From Octopus sinensis (taxonomy: Eukaryota): 64,000 nt of DNA. Under the pieces are notes generated by a model. It was not told the origin of the DNA. It was given only the letters and a program-made list of their open reading frames with translations, and did no database searches. Positions 25,700 to 40,749 of this stretch are shown here, piece by piece; position 1 is the stretch's first letter; the number at the start of each line of letters is the position of its first letter. The stretch covers positions 38,142,464-38,206,463 of the forward strand of contig NC_043011.1 of the NCBI RefSeq assembly GCF_006345805.1, given 5' to 3'. A program made the translations under genes and the position numbers.

Positions 25700-26659
25700 G
25701 TAAGTGCCATTTCGGTAGAGAAATAAAGACAATCAATGAAAATAATTGAACAAATTAAATCTTTAATGAAGGTAGAGAGCATTAGCATATGCAACAACAA
25801 AATGTTAACAAGTATTGCTTTGTAACATGTGCCATGCTTTTGCTGACCGTTTAAGCTGTTAGTGTAGTCGGGAATAGCTATCGTCGCTCTTACACCGGTC
25901 CAAACATAAAACTCAGAAGAAGGTGGTGTGTACTAACATCTGATTGATATCAATTACAACTGAATAGGCGTGGGGCAAGGCGGAATAATAGCCTTTTTAC
26001 ACATATTCTATACGAGGTTTTCAAATTTTCTACGTTTGTTCAAGGATAATATCAACTTCAGTACTTTTAATATCGCGCCCACAACCGAATTCTAGTTGCT
26101 TTTATGCTTCCAGACAATTTCCAAGTAATATTTGGCGCACATTGTAAATCGCTTTTCCCATTCCATCCTTACCAAACCAAGTACCGCTTACCCAAACCGC
26201 TATTCTTTCGTTTTAATATCTGTTGATTATTTTAGTTGTCTCTCTGATTTATTTTGTGTGTGTTTTCTTTTCCTGCCATAATCTCTCATATTAAAGACCC
26301 AGCCATAATTGAAAGGTTACGAATATAGCTTCACAAGTACTTGATATTGAGTTTTGTATCACAGCGTACTACACGGAACAATTGGCTTTGACAGATATAT
26401 TAGTAAAACTACTACGAAATGCATTTCAGCGAGAATGTCGTCTTTGCCCATGATACAGTGTGTCTACAAAGTTATTTTATTCTACTTTCATACTAAGGCA
26501 TCTTCAACAGTGGTAACTATATACTATTTACAGATAGTAAGGTTCGCTATATTTATAGAATAGCGTTTCTTTTCATATTCCTGTAAAAGCGAAGCAGGCA
26601 CAAAATATTTTAACATATTTAGAGTAAAACGTCTGGACACAGATCTATTATTTGTTTAG

Positions 26660-26694
26660 GAATAAGTACGTAGAGATAACTGAGTTACAAACAA
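26660..26694 (+). CDS. Candidate 35-nt exon (NKYVEITELQT)
   Basis: Acceptor attatttgtttAG and donor CAA|GTAAGT. Its only open frame is phase-compatible with 25513-25699. Confidence 0.33.
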
Positions 26695-26715
26695 GTAAGT
26701 AAACCTCATTGCATA

Positions 26716-26815
26716 NNNNNNNNNNNNNNNNNNNNNNNNNNNNNNNNNNNNNNNNNNNNNNNNNNNNNNNNNNNNNNNNNNNNNNNNNNNNNNNNNNNNN
26801 NNNNNNNNNNNNNNN
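26716..26815. other. Assembly gap (100 N)
   Basis: Run of exactly 100 N; the true size is unknown. Confidence 1.
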
Positions 26816-26827
26816 AGATATACCTAG

Positions 26828-26925
26828 GAATTGATGGAGTCGCTGCTATAATCGGTTTTCTAACGGCTTTTTTTTTGCTGAGGCGATTCCAAAGCTTTAA
26901 AAGAAAAGCTAGCAACCAAAAATAG
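26828..26925 (+). CDS. Candidate terminal exon encoding a TM-like segment and basic tail (IDGVAAIIGFLTAFFLLRRFQSFKRKASNQK*)
   Basis: Hydrophobic stretch followed by RR..KRK. Phase-compatible with 26694. AATAAA at ~26952. The acceptor context is hidden by the gap. Confidence 0.3.
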
Positions 26926-27855
26926 CAGAGATTTCACTGTATTTTGACATGAATAAAATTTCTCGCTACAGACAAATAGGTGTAAATACATCAAGGCCGC
27001 TCACAACACTACCTAAGCGGATTGTGGGATGCAGGTATTACGGAGTAGTTATCTCCTTTTATCAACGGTTATATACGTTCATGTGTGACAGAAATGTAGG
27101 CATCAGTATTTTTGTGAGTGAATCAAGACTAGTTTGATTATTGTTACACTTAACTATCGGGGTGTCGATATAATTAACAAAAATGTATAAGGTTGTTTTA
27201 GTTTGTACAGTTTTATAGTCATATTGAGGTTCAAATTTCACGTGTTGGAATCTGAAGGATTGCGGTAGAACACGCCGCAAAATGTATATTTAGTATGATG
27301 GCCCTTGCAATGAAGAATTGCGAAGTATACTACAAAAGGTATTTTTGGATGATGTTCTTGCGACAGATATTGCTGACCTTGTGCCAAAATTTGAAGCCAA
27401 TATTTTAAATAGGTTTCAGGCGGTGAAATGGCAGGATCGGTAGCACGCTAGGTAAAGTGCATAGCGGCATTTCATCCGCCTTTACGTTCTGAGTTAAAAT
27501 TCCACCGAGGTCAACTTCTCATTTTATCCTGGATATTGAAAATAATTCATAATCGGCTTAGCACTTCTGCTCGAAATTTCTGGCCTTATGCCAAAATTTT
27601 AATCAGTATTTAAAATAGGGTGAACATAGATGATGTTATAGGGAAATAAAGTGCAGGTCAAGGTGAAATATGGATGAGAAATCCTGAGAAGAAAAGTGAC
27701 TGAGGAGATTGAGAAACAACGTCTATGTGTTCACAATAACAGGTGAAGTGAGCCAGGTTATTTCAAAGAAAATATTACTATGGTGAATTTGACCAACGTT
27801 AGACAATTTTGCTTCAATGAATATAGTATGAACCCCAAATAAATTGATTATGTAA

Positions 27856-28085
27856 AGGCGGCGAGCTGGCAGAAACGTTAGCACGCCGGGCGAAATGCGT
27901 AGCCGTATTTCGTCTGCCGTTACATTCTGAGTTCAAATTCCGTCGAGGTCGACTTTGCCTTTCATCCTTTCGGGTCGATAAATTAAGTACCAGTTACGCA
28001 CTGGGATCGATGTAATCGACTTAATCCGTTTGTCTGTCCATGTTTGCCCCCTCTGTGTTTAGCCCCTTGTGGGTAGTAAAGAAAT
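27856..28085 (+). mobile_element. SINE family A monomer, well preserved
   Basis: GGCGGCGAGCTGGCAGAAACGTTAGC...GAGTTCAAATTCC...GTGGGTAGTAAAGAAATA. Confidence 0.9.
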
Positions 28086-29184
28086 ATATATATAAAGAAC
28101 ATACATTAGAGGCAGTCATTGTGGTACAGTAATTTGAAATTTTCTATTTAAAACAGAACTTTTGAATACATTTAAATTTTCTTAAGCTAGCAGTGAAGTT
28201 TCTCGGAGTGAGAAATTGGACGAAAAAGCAGTGTTTCATATTCTTTGGTACAACATCACACTGTGTGGTGTCCTCTTATCAAAGACTGTTGAGTGTTATT
28301 TGTAAGAGATTCGAATGTCATTTCTACTGTTTCAGGCTAAGCTGTTTACGTTTCATCGATATTAGAATTAGATTTGATAACATTTACATCTCTGATGATA
28401 CATTTTCAGCTGACCACCAAAAACATTATTTCAAATTAATATGTTGATATAGTTAAAAAAATAAGACTTCATCAGACGGTTATATCTACTAAATGAAAAA
28501 TACATACTAGGAATAAGAAAATCGAGGTGTGATCTATTCGTTCAATTATCAGCTCTTGTACGGTAAACAACGGTACATTTCTAACAGACAAAATATTAAT
28601 CAGTAAACAATTACATACAAACATTGGTTGTGTATATATGAGTGTGGGTATATATGAGTGTGGGTGGATGTCTCTGGATGTATATGTGTGTTTGCCTGTG
28701 TTTTTCAGTGTCCAACAATAATTTATATATATATATTTTTTTTAAAAATTAATTAATTATTTAATTAATTAATTAATAAAATAATATATAAATATAAAAA
28801 TATACATACATACATATATATATATATTTGTATATATATATAAAATTTATTGATTAATTGATTGATTGATTGATTCTAGTTTCAACTCACGAGCTGTGGC
28901 CATGCTGGGGCACCGCCATTTGGTGTTGCTACATGGTTTTACTTCACTAATGCTGTTTAGCAACTGCCATTTAGTTTAAATTCTTTAAATAATTTTTTTA
29001 TTTTTAACTTTTATATTTTTAAATTAATTTTATGTATTGGCCTATGTTTTTCACCGTTTGATTTGCCTCATAGTGGTTTTATCTCTAATTTAGTATAATA
29101 ATATAAAATATTTATACTATAAAATTGGATTTAATCCTAAATGTAATTTTCCCCTGTAAGTTTGGATTATTCCCTAATATTATC

Positions 29185-29191
29185 TTATATA

Positions 29192-29262
<71 letters not shown>

Positions 29263-29478
29263 CATATACTCAACGACTCGAGAGTCACAGTATACTATTT
29301 TATTCGTGAACACCATGTAGAGTCAAGGTATCTTTCCATTTTACGTAATTTTGCTTGAAAACACAATGCGAACACTATATCTTTATATATGTGTGGGGCG
29401 GTTGTGTGTGTGGTTGTATACATACATAAATACATACATACATACACATACACACATACACACATACACACGCACACT

Positions 29479-29532
<54 letters not shown>

Positions 29533-29769
29533 ATGTATGTATACATACATACACAAACACACACACCCACCACACATTATATATATATATGTATATATAT
29601 ATATTATATATTATATATATATATATATATACACACATATATATACACACGCAAATATAAGCACATATACATATGTACAGATAAATGTTTGTATATATAT
29701 GAATAAGTATGTAAGTACATATATTTATGTATATATTTTTGTACATATATATGTATATATATACACATG

Positions 29770-29805
<36 letters not shown>

Positions 29806-30161
29806 ATATACGTGCCTATCTTCATGTAAAAATATATCTTTAGGTATACATACATGTCTTAATCTCTCTCTCTATATATATATATATATTTAGATAGATA
29901 GATAGATATAGATATATATACCTGTATATATATGTATATATGCATGTATTTATATGTATATACAAATATATGTTTGCATATATATGTATAAGTATTATAT
30001 ATATATATTTATGTATATGTATATATATACATATATATATTAATATATATATATATATATATACATAAATATACATATATATACATATATATATACATAT
30101 ATATATATATTCTTTTATATAGAAGGAAAAATACATAGGTATATGCATATACAACTATAAG

Positions 30162-30198
<37 letters not shown>

Positions 30199-30200
30199 GC
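29185..30200. repeat. Compound (TA)n/(CA)n/(TATG)n/(CT)n microsatellite field
   Basis: About 1 kb of mixed short repeats. Similar fields occur at 35200-37140, 47515-47625, 50100-50590 and 54080-54250. Confidence 0.95.
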
Positions 30201-30600
30201 GTAAGTATGTACACGTATGTACGCACAAACACAAACACTCACTCATGTACGAGTGAGCTGAGATATATGCCTCTGTGTAATATACTGATGTATACGTATA
30301 TGAATATATATTTCTCTATTTATTGGTAGCAGTCACAGTAAGATCGTTGCCAAATATATCATTTATGTGGTTATTTTAACAACTTATAAATTCGGTTAAC
30401 ATCATGCCTGCCAACCACATATTAGATTTGTGAGAATAATAAAGCTTATGTTTTAAATTATGAATAATAAATTGATTTATATATATGATAGTCTTTATAT
30501 AACGATATATCTAATTATGTGAATGTGTGAATGCCGCGTATTTTGGTTTGCTCCTTTGATATTTTCCATACACACACACACACACCACACACACACACAA

Positions 30601-30631
<31 letters not shown>

Positions 30632-31855
30632 CATATAAACTTATATATGTGTATGTGTATGTATGTGTAGATATATACATATAAAAATTCATACAGAGAA
30701 ATAGACAGGCAGACACACTGATAGATAGATAATATGTAAAGTTATATGTAATATGTTTATAAACCTTTGTAGCAGACACAAAAACATAGAAAATTTAACG
30801 ATTTCTCTGGAGATTGGGAGATAAGACTATTAAGAGTTTTATTCAATTTTCGAACCTTATTGAGGTCCCATCGGTAGTGTAGCATGCTTTGAACAATCTC
30901 AGAGAATTAAGCAACCAATTATTTTATATACACAAAAAATCCAGTATCTTCAGTGAATTGGGGCTCTTAATATGCATAATACAAGTGTATAACATATATT
31001 TATAGATTATATGAAATCATAATCAATGGCTGCGAGTTAAACATTAACTCACCCTTTACTAGTTCGCCTTACTATGAGGGATGGGGATCAAAATCTCTCT
31101 TAGATATATCTGCGAAGATCGCAGAAGTACCGAGGGAGCATTTTAAACCAAAACTTTAGATATCTTTTAATAACAATAAGTCAATTCACTCTTAAATCAT
31201 ACGTCAACTATGATTTTTAAAATTAATGGAATAATCATGAATAGAACCCCATTGATCGTATATATGCTAGATCAAAATCGTGCCTGAGCTAAACAGCAAT
31301 AATCAACCAGAAGTCTGTAGGCAGTTAATCTGGTCATACCTAAAAAGAGCAACAACGTTTTCCTCTTATCACACTGCGTTTAATGTATTCTAGATTCCCT
31401 AAATATAAATCAAAAGTTTGGAATGATAAGTGAAGGATATTTCTATTGTACGTCTATGCCCCGGGTTTGAATCATTGGACTCAGATACACTGAAGCAAGC
31501 AGACGACAGATGAAAAATAGCAGCAACTTCCATGATTTTAAATGTAAAGTATGAAGAAAATACGACGGCTGTAATCCAGTGGGTCTCAAAAAAATTTCAT
31601 CCATCCGTTTAGCTATGTATATGTATGAAAATTTTATTGATTTCAAAGTTTGCCACGGGGCCTGCAATTTCGAAGGAGAGGTAAGTCCCCGGGTTGCCAT
31701 TGGTACTTAATTTATTGACACAGAAAGAATGAAAGGCAAAGTCGATCATGGTGGCATATTAATTCAAAATGTAAAACCGGAAAAAATGCCACTAAATTTT
31801 TTTCTGGCTTGGAAGTTCTGGGTTGCTTGGTGGGGCACTCTGAACACATAGCCCA

Positions 31856-31947
<92 letters not shown>

Positions 31948-32017
31948 GTTGACACTAACTCACTAAGACCGTAAATATATATATATATAAATATAAATAT
32001 CTCTCTTTATATCATAT

Positions 32018-32232
32018 CTCTCTTTTACTTGTTTCAGTCATTTGACTGCAGCCATGCTAGAGCATCGCCTTTAATCGAGCAAATCGACCCCAGGACTTAT
32101 TCTTTGTAAGCCTAGTACTTACTCTATCGGTCAGTTTTGCCGAACCGCTAAGTTACGGGGATGTAAACACACCAGCGTCGGTTGTCAAACGATGTTGGGG
32201 GAACAAACAAGCACACAAAACACACACGCATA

Positions 32233-32319
<87 letters not shown>

Positions 32320-32497
32320 TATTTATATATATACATATTATGACGCGCTTCTTTCATTTTCCGTCTACCAAATCCACTCACAAGGCTTTGGTCGGCCGAG
32401 GCTATAGTAGAAGACACTTGCCCAAGGCGCCACGCAGTCGGACTGAACCCGGAAACAAGTGGTTGGTAAGCAAGCTACTTACCACACAGCCACTCCT
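32018..32497 (-). mobile_element. SINE family B
   Basis: Collinear match with an expanded internal (TA)n. Confidence 0.88.
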
Positions 32498-32689
32498 GGT
32501 ATGTATGTATACCATGTATCTATGAATATACTTCCCTGTATCCAGTGTGGAATTGATCAGCATTTTTTTCACTTCAAACGCTATGTGCAAACCCCCTTCC
32601 CCTTCTTCATCCTCCTCTTACTCCTACTCCTCCTGCTCACCATGTTCCTCCACATACTACTAGCGTTGCTGCAGCTGATGATGGGGAGA

Positions 32690-32980
32690 GTCACGACGAC
32701 GACGATGACGATGATGATGATGATGATGATGATGAGGAGGAGGAGGAGGAGGGGAGGGAAAATGATGATGATGATGATGATGTGATGATGATTATGATGA
32801 TGATGATGATGATGATGATGTGATTATGATGATGATGAATATGATGATGATGATGATGATGTAATGATGATGATGATGATGATGATGTGATTATGATGGT
32901 GATGAAGATGATGATGATGATGATGATGATGAAGATGATGATAATGTAATGATGATGATGATGATGATGACAACGACGAC
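32690..32980. repeat. (GAT)n microsatellite
   Basis: Degenerate ATG/GAT run. Confidence 0.95.
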
Positions 32981-33072
32981 GTTGCTATTAGTCTACTGAA
33001 ATCATTAAATTTACAACTCCTGGTATAATATTTACATAAAACACCTAGTTGTTGAACACACACACACGCATG

Positions 33073-33128
<56 letters not shown>

Positions 33129-34239
33129 GTAAATACGGTGTACGTGCGTGTGTCAGTTTATATATACATATGTGAGTATCTGTGTGTGCGCGCGTGCGAG
33201 TGTATGCAGGCCTATGGAAGTCACATTAGATTAGTTGCGTTATATTAAGGCAACTTGACTTCAAATCAACCAATCAGTCTCTATCTATTTCGTTGTCTAT
33301 TATCTGATATCTCTAATCAGATTCTACCATGGGAGGCAACAGGTTAAACACTACATTCGTTTAAAGTTGCTCTCCATTATTATCTTCATCTTTATCGCAA
33401 AGCTTCCAGTTCTACGATTTAAATCTTGAAATTTGCAGAAGCAATTTGAAAGTTAATATAGAATGTATTTGTGGATATTTAGTTCTTAAATTGAGTAGTT
33501 GAAGAATCTACGTCGCAATTCATTTCTTAGATCGGTATTTGAAGAAGAGTAATTGTATTTCAAGAGAAGAGAGATTACTATCTTTGCTTCAGCATGATCC
33601 GGACCAAATCTAAAACTGAAGGCTCTCTACATATTGAATATGACTGGCTAGAAATAGCTGTCAAATACGGAAGGGATAACACGCACATTCACACCCCTAA
33701 ATTAAAAAAGTTAATTATTATCTTATATATATTTTCATCATTTTCTCTTCAGCTTACCAAAATTAATAAAACCCACGGCCATTGCATTTTCAAGATTAGG
33801 TTTTTGTGAATCTGCAACTCACGTTTGTTTTTACTGTCTTGTTCTCACTGTCCTGTTCTTGCTACCTCTTTCACCCTCTGCAAAAAAGCCCAAGTGTTAT
33901 TTAATTTGCTTTGCGGGAAGGTCTGTTTCAAAGAGGTTGCGTATTGTCCTTACCTTCGTAAAGCAAAGTAGGTGAAACATGGACAACTGATGAGGGGGAA
34001 TATTCTTTATGTTGCATGACTCATTTCTCTGTTTGTTTTTTTCGTTGTTCGGAAAAAAGTTCGTTTTCTATGTTTTTGCTTTTGTTTTCGTTTCTTGCGG
34101 TGTTCAAGTTTGTTTTTATGTCCTCTACCCATATATCTATGTATATATACATATATATATGTAGGTATGGATATATATATATGTATATATGCATATATTT
34201 ATATATTATTTATATTACGATATATGTACATAGATATAT

Positions 34240-34300
<61 letters not shown>

Positions 34301-34818
34301 TATACACGGAAACATGTGGTTGGTATATATATATATATATACATATATATACATATATATATTCTTATATTTATAATGAATACTGTTGAACATAGGGTAA
34401 ATATGCTTGAAAGTTGAGTTTTTTAGATATGTTTCTTCCCAAACAACACTTCTTTTAGTGCTGTTCACGCCCCCTGATAGAATGGTACTGTCCAGGTATC
34501 GAAACCATAATGATATGCGCGTGGCGGCTGATGATGAAGGCATGTTGGATTGTTGGCATGGCTGTTTTTTTTTTTGTATATGTGGAAAGTGTTATAACAC
34601 ATCATTTTAAAATATACTAAACGATCATCGAGGAATTCCTTACGTAGATTCTGCAACTAATATGCAGTACCGCGGATGACACCTGACACCGTATGCGGTG
34701 AACGTGCTCTCCAGGCACACTACCAGAAACAAACCAAAAACCTTTGGCTACTACATTTTAAATTCTCCTATGTAACTTCAATTTTAAAAACACACACACA
34801 ACACACACAACACAACAT

Positions 34819-34908
<90 letters not shown>

Positions 34909-35239
34909 CATACGTATGTATATACTTATGTCTATACATGAAAATAACCACTGAGACTCACAAACGTATATTCATTTCACTATATACAAACAAGTAATAT
35001 TTTACTGTCGGCGCGTATTTATACGAATTAGTCCATGCTAGTTTATCAATATATTTTTATGACAAAACATAATTTACACATGTAACTTAACCATTCCCTG
35101 TGGAAATTCCTTCAAAACATTAATTCAAACCACGCCGCAAATAGTTCTTGGAAGCAGCCGTGTTAAATTTAACACATAATCGTATTAAAGAATACACATG
35201 TATCAATATACATACATATTTATATATATATGTATATAT

Positions 35240-35270
<31 letters not shown>

Positions 35271-35797
35271 GTATGTATATATATTTATATTATATATATA
35301 TAATATATATATATAATATATATATAATATATTACTTATAAACCAACACACCCACAGTATATGTATACACATAGGAGATAATACATGAAGTATGTATTTA
35401 TATCTCTATCTATGTATCTATATGTATATGTGTGTGTATAAATATGATGGTGTGTACGTATGTATGTATATATATCTGTTTGTATATATGTATGTATGTA
35501 CGTACGTACGTTCGTATGCAGGCAGGTAAGTTCTTCTGTATATGTGTATGCTATACATCATTCCGGCTTTTTCAAATTTCATACTGTCTTTCACGAAGAT
35601 TTAACCTTTGGAACTGCGAGAATTAAACAAAAAATCTTTTTGTATTATTGTTTATTTCACTCTCTAAATATTGACAAATTTTTGCTATGCGATTTAAGAT
35701 GTTTTGTGCAGGGTTTCAAATCCTATTATGTATGTTTTCTTTCTATGTTGTCTATTTCAAAGGATATATGCATAGATAAAAGCATTCATATACATAG

Positions 35798-35874
<77 letters not shown>

Positions 35875-36037
35875 CGTGTGTATGTGTGTGGTGTACATGT
35901 GTGTGTGTACATGTGTTTGTGTGTGTGTGTGCGTGTGTATTAAAATCCATATGCTTATGGGCATAGGCATATTTATATCTTTCCCAATATATGTTTATAT
36001 ATGTATACATGTATATAATATATGAGTGTTAGATCTT

Positions 36038-36119
<82 letters not shown>

Positions 36120-36557
36120 ATATATGTATGAGTATACACACATATGTGAAGTTATGCATATACACATATACAGATCTTTATCTATATATATACATATGTA
36201 TGTATGTATATATGTATATATGTAATTATATATATATGTGTGTGTGTGTATGTGTGTGCATATAAATGTATATATGTATATATAATAACACCCACACATG
36301 CATATACATTGTCCATACATATTTGCTCTACTTTTAGCATTTTTCTTTTTTTGATCGAACGATTCAGGTTAGTAAAGGCTATAAATCTGTCTATATCTGA
36401 TTCCTTCATTTCTATAGAATTAATGTTCTTTAGTAGAGCTACACTTATTGTTTTGTTTTTTTGTTTTTGTTTTTTTTGTTGGACGTTCCTTCATAAATAC
36501 TCGATCTATCATTATTGTTGTTATTGCTGTTGGTGTTCTAGTTATGCCATTTCCTTC

Positions 36558-36594
<37 letters not shown>

Positions 36595-36641
36595 GTGGTG
36601 GGTTCTTTGGCGCATGAGGATAGAATAAAAATTCATATGCA

Positions 36642-36706
<65 letters not shown>

Positions 36707-37198
36707 GGAAACATATGACTTAATACATTATATATTTTTTGCACGTATGTATATTCCATATTGAATACGTCCATCAATGCATATGCATACACTTGACTGA
36801 CGCCTATGTATCGCAAACACGTAATGTATTCTTGCCTGAATAGATGCAGCTATGAATGCACATGTATGCACACACAATTGCATGCCTAGAGTGAGACGTG
36901 TATTCATCAACTTTGAATATATGGATGAGTGTGTATGTATATATCTATATGCATACATACATTCATACAGATCTACCTACCTACCTACTCACAAACATAC
37001 ATGCATACATACATACAGACTACGTACATACGTACATACATACATACATATATACATACATACATACATACATACAATACATACGTACGTACGTACATAC
37101 GTACATACATACATATATACATACATACGTACATACATACATACTCGCACTAGTGTGGCCTTCGAGCATATACGTTCATAACATACATTTGTGCAAGA

Positions 37199-37750
37199 TA
37201 CAACTTTCATTCCAGAAGTTTTAAGACATTTTTTTATGGGAGACATATATCAATTTCAAAGAAGTTCGAAGTTCTAATATCCTCAAAAGTGTGATTCTCA
37301 CACTCCATTGCAATCGTTATAGAGTTCCAGCCACTTCGTGAAGGCTCAGTAGAGGTTCTCCTCCAAAGTTAATGTATCCAACCCCTTGTCGCAACCTCCT
37401 TCATCTTCATAACGACTTCTCCAGAGGTTCTCCTTCAGCTTGAAAAGAGCCAAGTATCACAGGCATCAAGGTCTGGAACGTAGAGATTGTGAAGAGCAAT
37501 TTTGATTTATATCTCTGTCAAGTAGTTGCTTTTTAGGATGCTTGTTTGTGAGCACCCTTGGGACAAATTTTGCAGAAATTTTCCGTTTGTTCAGATCATC
37601 GTGAACGATAATTCCGTGTATAGCTCTCACATGATCTCCGAACTGTGTGTTTAATGTCTCTATAGATACACGAAACTTGCGCATTTCCTCAACCAACTCT
37701 GATATTCTAATGTCCTTCTCCCTCCCATAGCTGTGCTCGTGCCTCACCTC
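37199..37750 (-). pseudogene. Decayed mariner (Tc1/mariner) transposase with 3' TIR remnant
   Basis: IVHDDLNKRKISAKFVPRVLT resembles the mariner WVPR motif. LHNLYVPDLDACDTWLF resembles YSPDLAPCDFWLF. Frameshifts and an internal deletion. The TIR-like end finishes at TA (37199). Confidence 0.85.
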
Positions 37751-37771
37751 CTCTCTACTGTCATTTCTCTC

Positions 37772-37970
37772 TTATTTTTTATTGCCCACAAGGAGCTAAA
37801 CATAGAGGGGACAAACAAGGACAGACAAGAGGATTAAGTCGATTACACCGACCCCAGTGCGTAACCGGTACTTAATTTAGTCGACCTCGGCGGAATTTGA
37901 ACTCTGAACGTAGCGGCAGATGAAATACTGCTAAACATTTCGCTCGGCGTGCTAACGTTTCTGCCAGCTC
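37772..37970 (-). mobile_element. SINE family A monomer
   Basis: Match to family A with an internal deletion. Confidence 0.85.
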
Positions 37971-39692
37971 ATTTCTCTCTTGTGCCAGCGAAAGACAGAT
38001 GCTCGGCTAATACAAGGTAATGCTTAATCAGTCTGGACCATTCCATAAGTTTCTGTGCAGTTTGACAGAAAAAACTCTATTGTGAGCTTCGAAACGTCTG
38101 AACTGCATTGTATAAACTAGTCGGCTGTTGTAAGAAGCGTTTAGTAGGTTGTGTTCAGAGTGCTGTTACAGCTATCTCCTTCAATTTGGAAAAATAATTG
38201 GCAAGGCAACGTATTAGTTATATATCAATGATGATATATAAAATTATAATACTCAAGTAGGGCACTTATAAGGGATTCTCCTAAAATCTTCCAAAACTCT
38301 TGGAATGTTCCTTGTAGAAAGATACTTATACACTTTTGTTTACGAATACACACACACAAATACAAATATGCATACTTACACATATGCATCCTACTCACAT
38401 ACATACGCACACTTCCATATACCCAAACATGCATACATACCCACTACACAATAGGCGCACATACATATACTCATACACAACCACATAAAATTTGCGACTA
38501 AACTACTTGCTTGTGTATACTGGCGTATGTATGTCAGTCGATATTATTATCTGATCTATCTTGAGCTTCCTCTACGATAATGATATTTGCTTCCCGAGCA
38601 AACACATACACCGCTCTAATCCCTATGAGACAAAAGAAGCGTTTTTCTTGGTGTATTTGCTGTCGCTATCTACGAGATACATCAGTGAAACCACTCTCAA
38701 TCCTCGCCACAACCGTGGTAAAATATGGAGCTTTGCATCTTGCCATCTGAGATAGATTACTTAAGAGTAAATTGCATTCATTCATAGAGTTTACCCAATC
38801 AGAGTTGACTACTCAAAGAGCTAGAGCAAGAATTTAATTCAATTACATCAAGAGAAGCACACCTGTGTACGTAATCATTCTTTGTTTATTGTATTATAAC
38901 TACAATACTCACCTATATTTTGCCATTAAAAAGTAAAATGACCTGAGAGATAAAACTAAAATGGAGTAATGCCTTAGTTTTGGATAACTCATGTATTTAG
39001 TTGCTCTATACTTACACTGAGACAAGTAAACCGCAGTCTTACGGAAACACATTTTTCTTGTTAGAAGTAAAAGATCAAAAGAGGAAAATCTAGGGAATAT
39101 CTGCAGCTTGATATCTCTAAAGTGATCAACAAGAGATTTATATGTATTTAGATTGTATCTTTAAGAGAAGTAGATTAAATATGTGGGAGTTCCATGCTAG
39201 TGAAAAGAAACGGCGTGAGTAGATACAGTTCTTAGTGTTGACAGCCACAGTGTAAAGACCAGAATTATTAGAAAGCCAAATCACTCAATTTGTAGCCGTT
39301 AGATGAGGTACAAAAGAAGAACAATAACTATAGAATCATTTACAGAATAGGGATAAAGAAAAAGGATTCCAGCGATGAGAGAGGAGTTGTAATTTAGCTG
39401 CCAACAGTAGAGTTTATAACGTTAGATACTCGCTTTTCGAATCAATTAAGGTGAGAAAGAACGCCACAAGGGGCGCCAGCTCTAACGAGAAAATAGCATT
39501 AATTAGAAGAGAGGATTAAAGGCTTATACTGATAAATAAAGAATAAAAAAGGGGGAAATATAACTAACTCGATGCACAGAATAAATATTTAAAGAAGCTA
39601 ATTTAGCAACGAGTCAAACATAATTCTATTTTAAGACTTTTGGAAAAATTAATCATAAACAACGAAGACTACAAGAGCCGTGAAGAGCATTA

Positions 39693-39902
39693 TACGAGGG
39701 GTTACTGAAAAGTTCCTGGCGTTGTTTAAAGGTAATACAGGTGGCTTAGTTAATTATGATTTTATTTTCTCAGATTCACACACTTATTGCAGTAGTTCTT
39801 CCGTTTTTCTAGGCCCCATAAAAGAACTCGGAAATTTTGGGCTTCCAATCAGGCCTTTCGTGATACTCTTGATACCAGGAACTTTTTCAGCAGTCAACTC
39901 GA
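39693..39902. mobile_element. Mariner-type MITE relic
   Basis: TACGAGGGGTTACTGAAAAGTTCCTGG pairs imperfectly with CCAGGAACTTTTTCAGCAGTCAACTCG; TA-started TIR. Confidence 0.7.
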
Positions 39903-39977
39903 AACATTATGAGGTATAGAAAAGATTATCAAAATTCTTGCAACAAATAGAAGTTTAAGGTTTTTTGTTTGTTTGTT

Positions 39978-40033
<56 letters not shown>

Positions 40034-40708
40034 ATTTCCTTTAGGAGTAAGAAGCAAATAACCGATAATTAACCACTGAACGTCACCAGTTGAGCAAATA
40101 AATCAAATTGGTATTTCAGGAAGAGGCAAGTTAAATTAGAGCTAGACAGAGACGAAGAGACAGAGAGAGAGAGAAAAGAGGATTAGGTCGTCAGAGAGTC
40201 AGAGAGTCAGTCGGAGTTAAGAGACAAGGCAGGCAGGCATGCAAGCAGGTGGACATGCAGACAGTCAGACAGACAGGTAGGCAGAGAGAGAGAGAGAGAT
40301 AAACAGACAGGCAGGCATGTAGGTAGGTATGTAGGTAGGTCGGCAGGTCGCTGTATCGGTAGGTACGCAGGTATGTATATGTGTTTGTGTGTGTGTGTGT
40401 GCGTGTGTGTTAGTGTGTGTGTGTGTATGCGTGTGTGTATTTGTGTAGGGAGACTGAGAAAAGAGAGAGAGCGGGAGAACATGTGAGAAAGAGAGAGAAA
40501 TAATTCAAGAACGCTACACCGAATAACATTTCAAAACAAGCCATTAATTGAAATATCTTTCTTAGAGATAGAAAAAAAGTTGCTATAAATATATTATCGA
40601 CTAAGAAAAAGTGAGATAATTTGAATTTATTAAGACTTAGTATCTCTAAGTTAACTTGCGAATTTCGAAAAATGGAAAACATGAATTTTGTTTGTATAAA
40701 AGGGTCAA

Positions 40709-40749
40709 CTTTGAACTTGTTTCGATCTACTGAGATCTCATCATCCGAG
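40709..40749 (-). ncRNA. Degenerate hammerhead-like motif
   Basis: ctcgg-ATGATGA-gatc(tcagta)gatc-GAAAC-aa-GTT-caaag. C3A change; stem I partly disrupted. Confidence 0.4.

Noticed and set aside
26008-26260. TATACGAGG start suggesting a mariner end
   Set aside because: No matching second TIR or transposase residue found.
34670-34712. CTGACA-CCGTATGCGGT-GAAC-GTG
   Set aside because: Would need two core deletions, and stem I does not pair.
29351-37246. Numerous YI/HT/CV-rich ORFs
   Set aside because: Translations of (TA)n, (CA)n and (TATG)n repeats.
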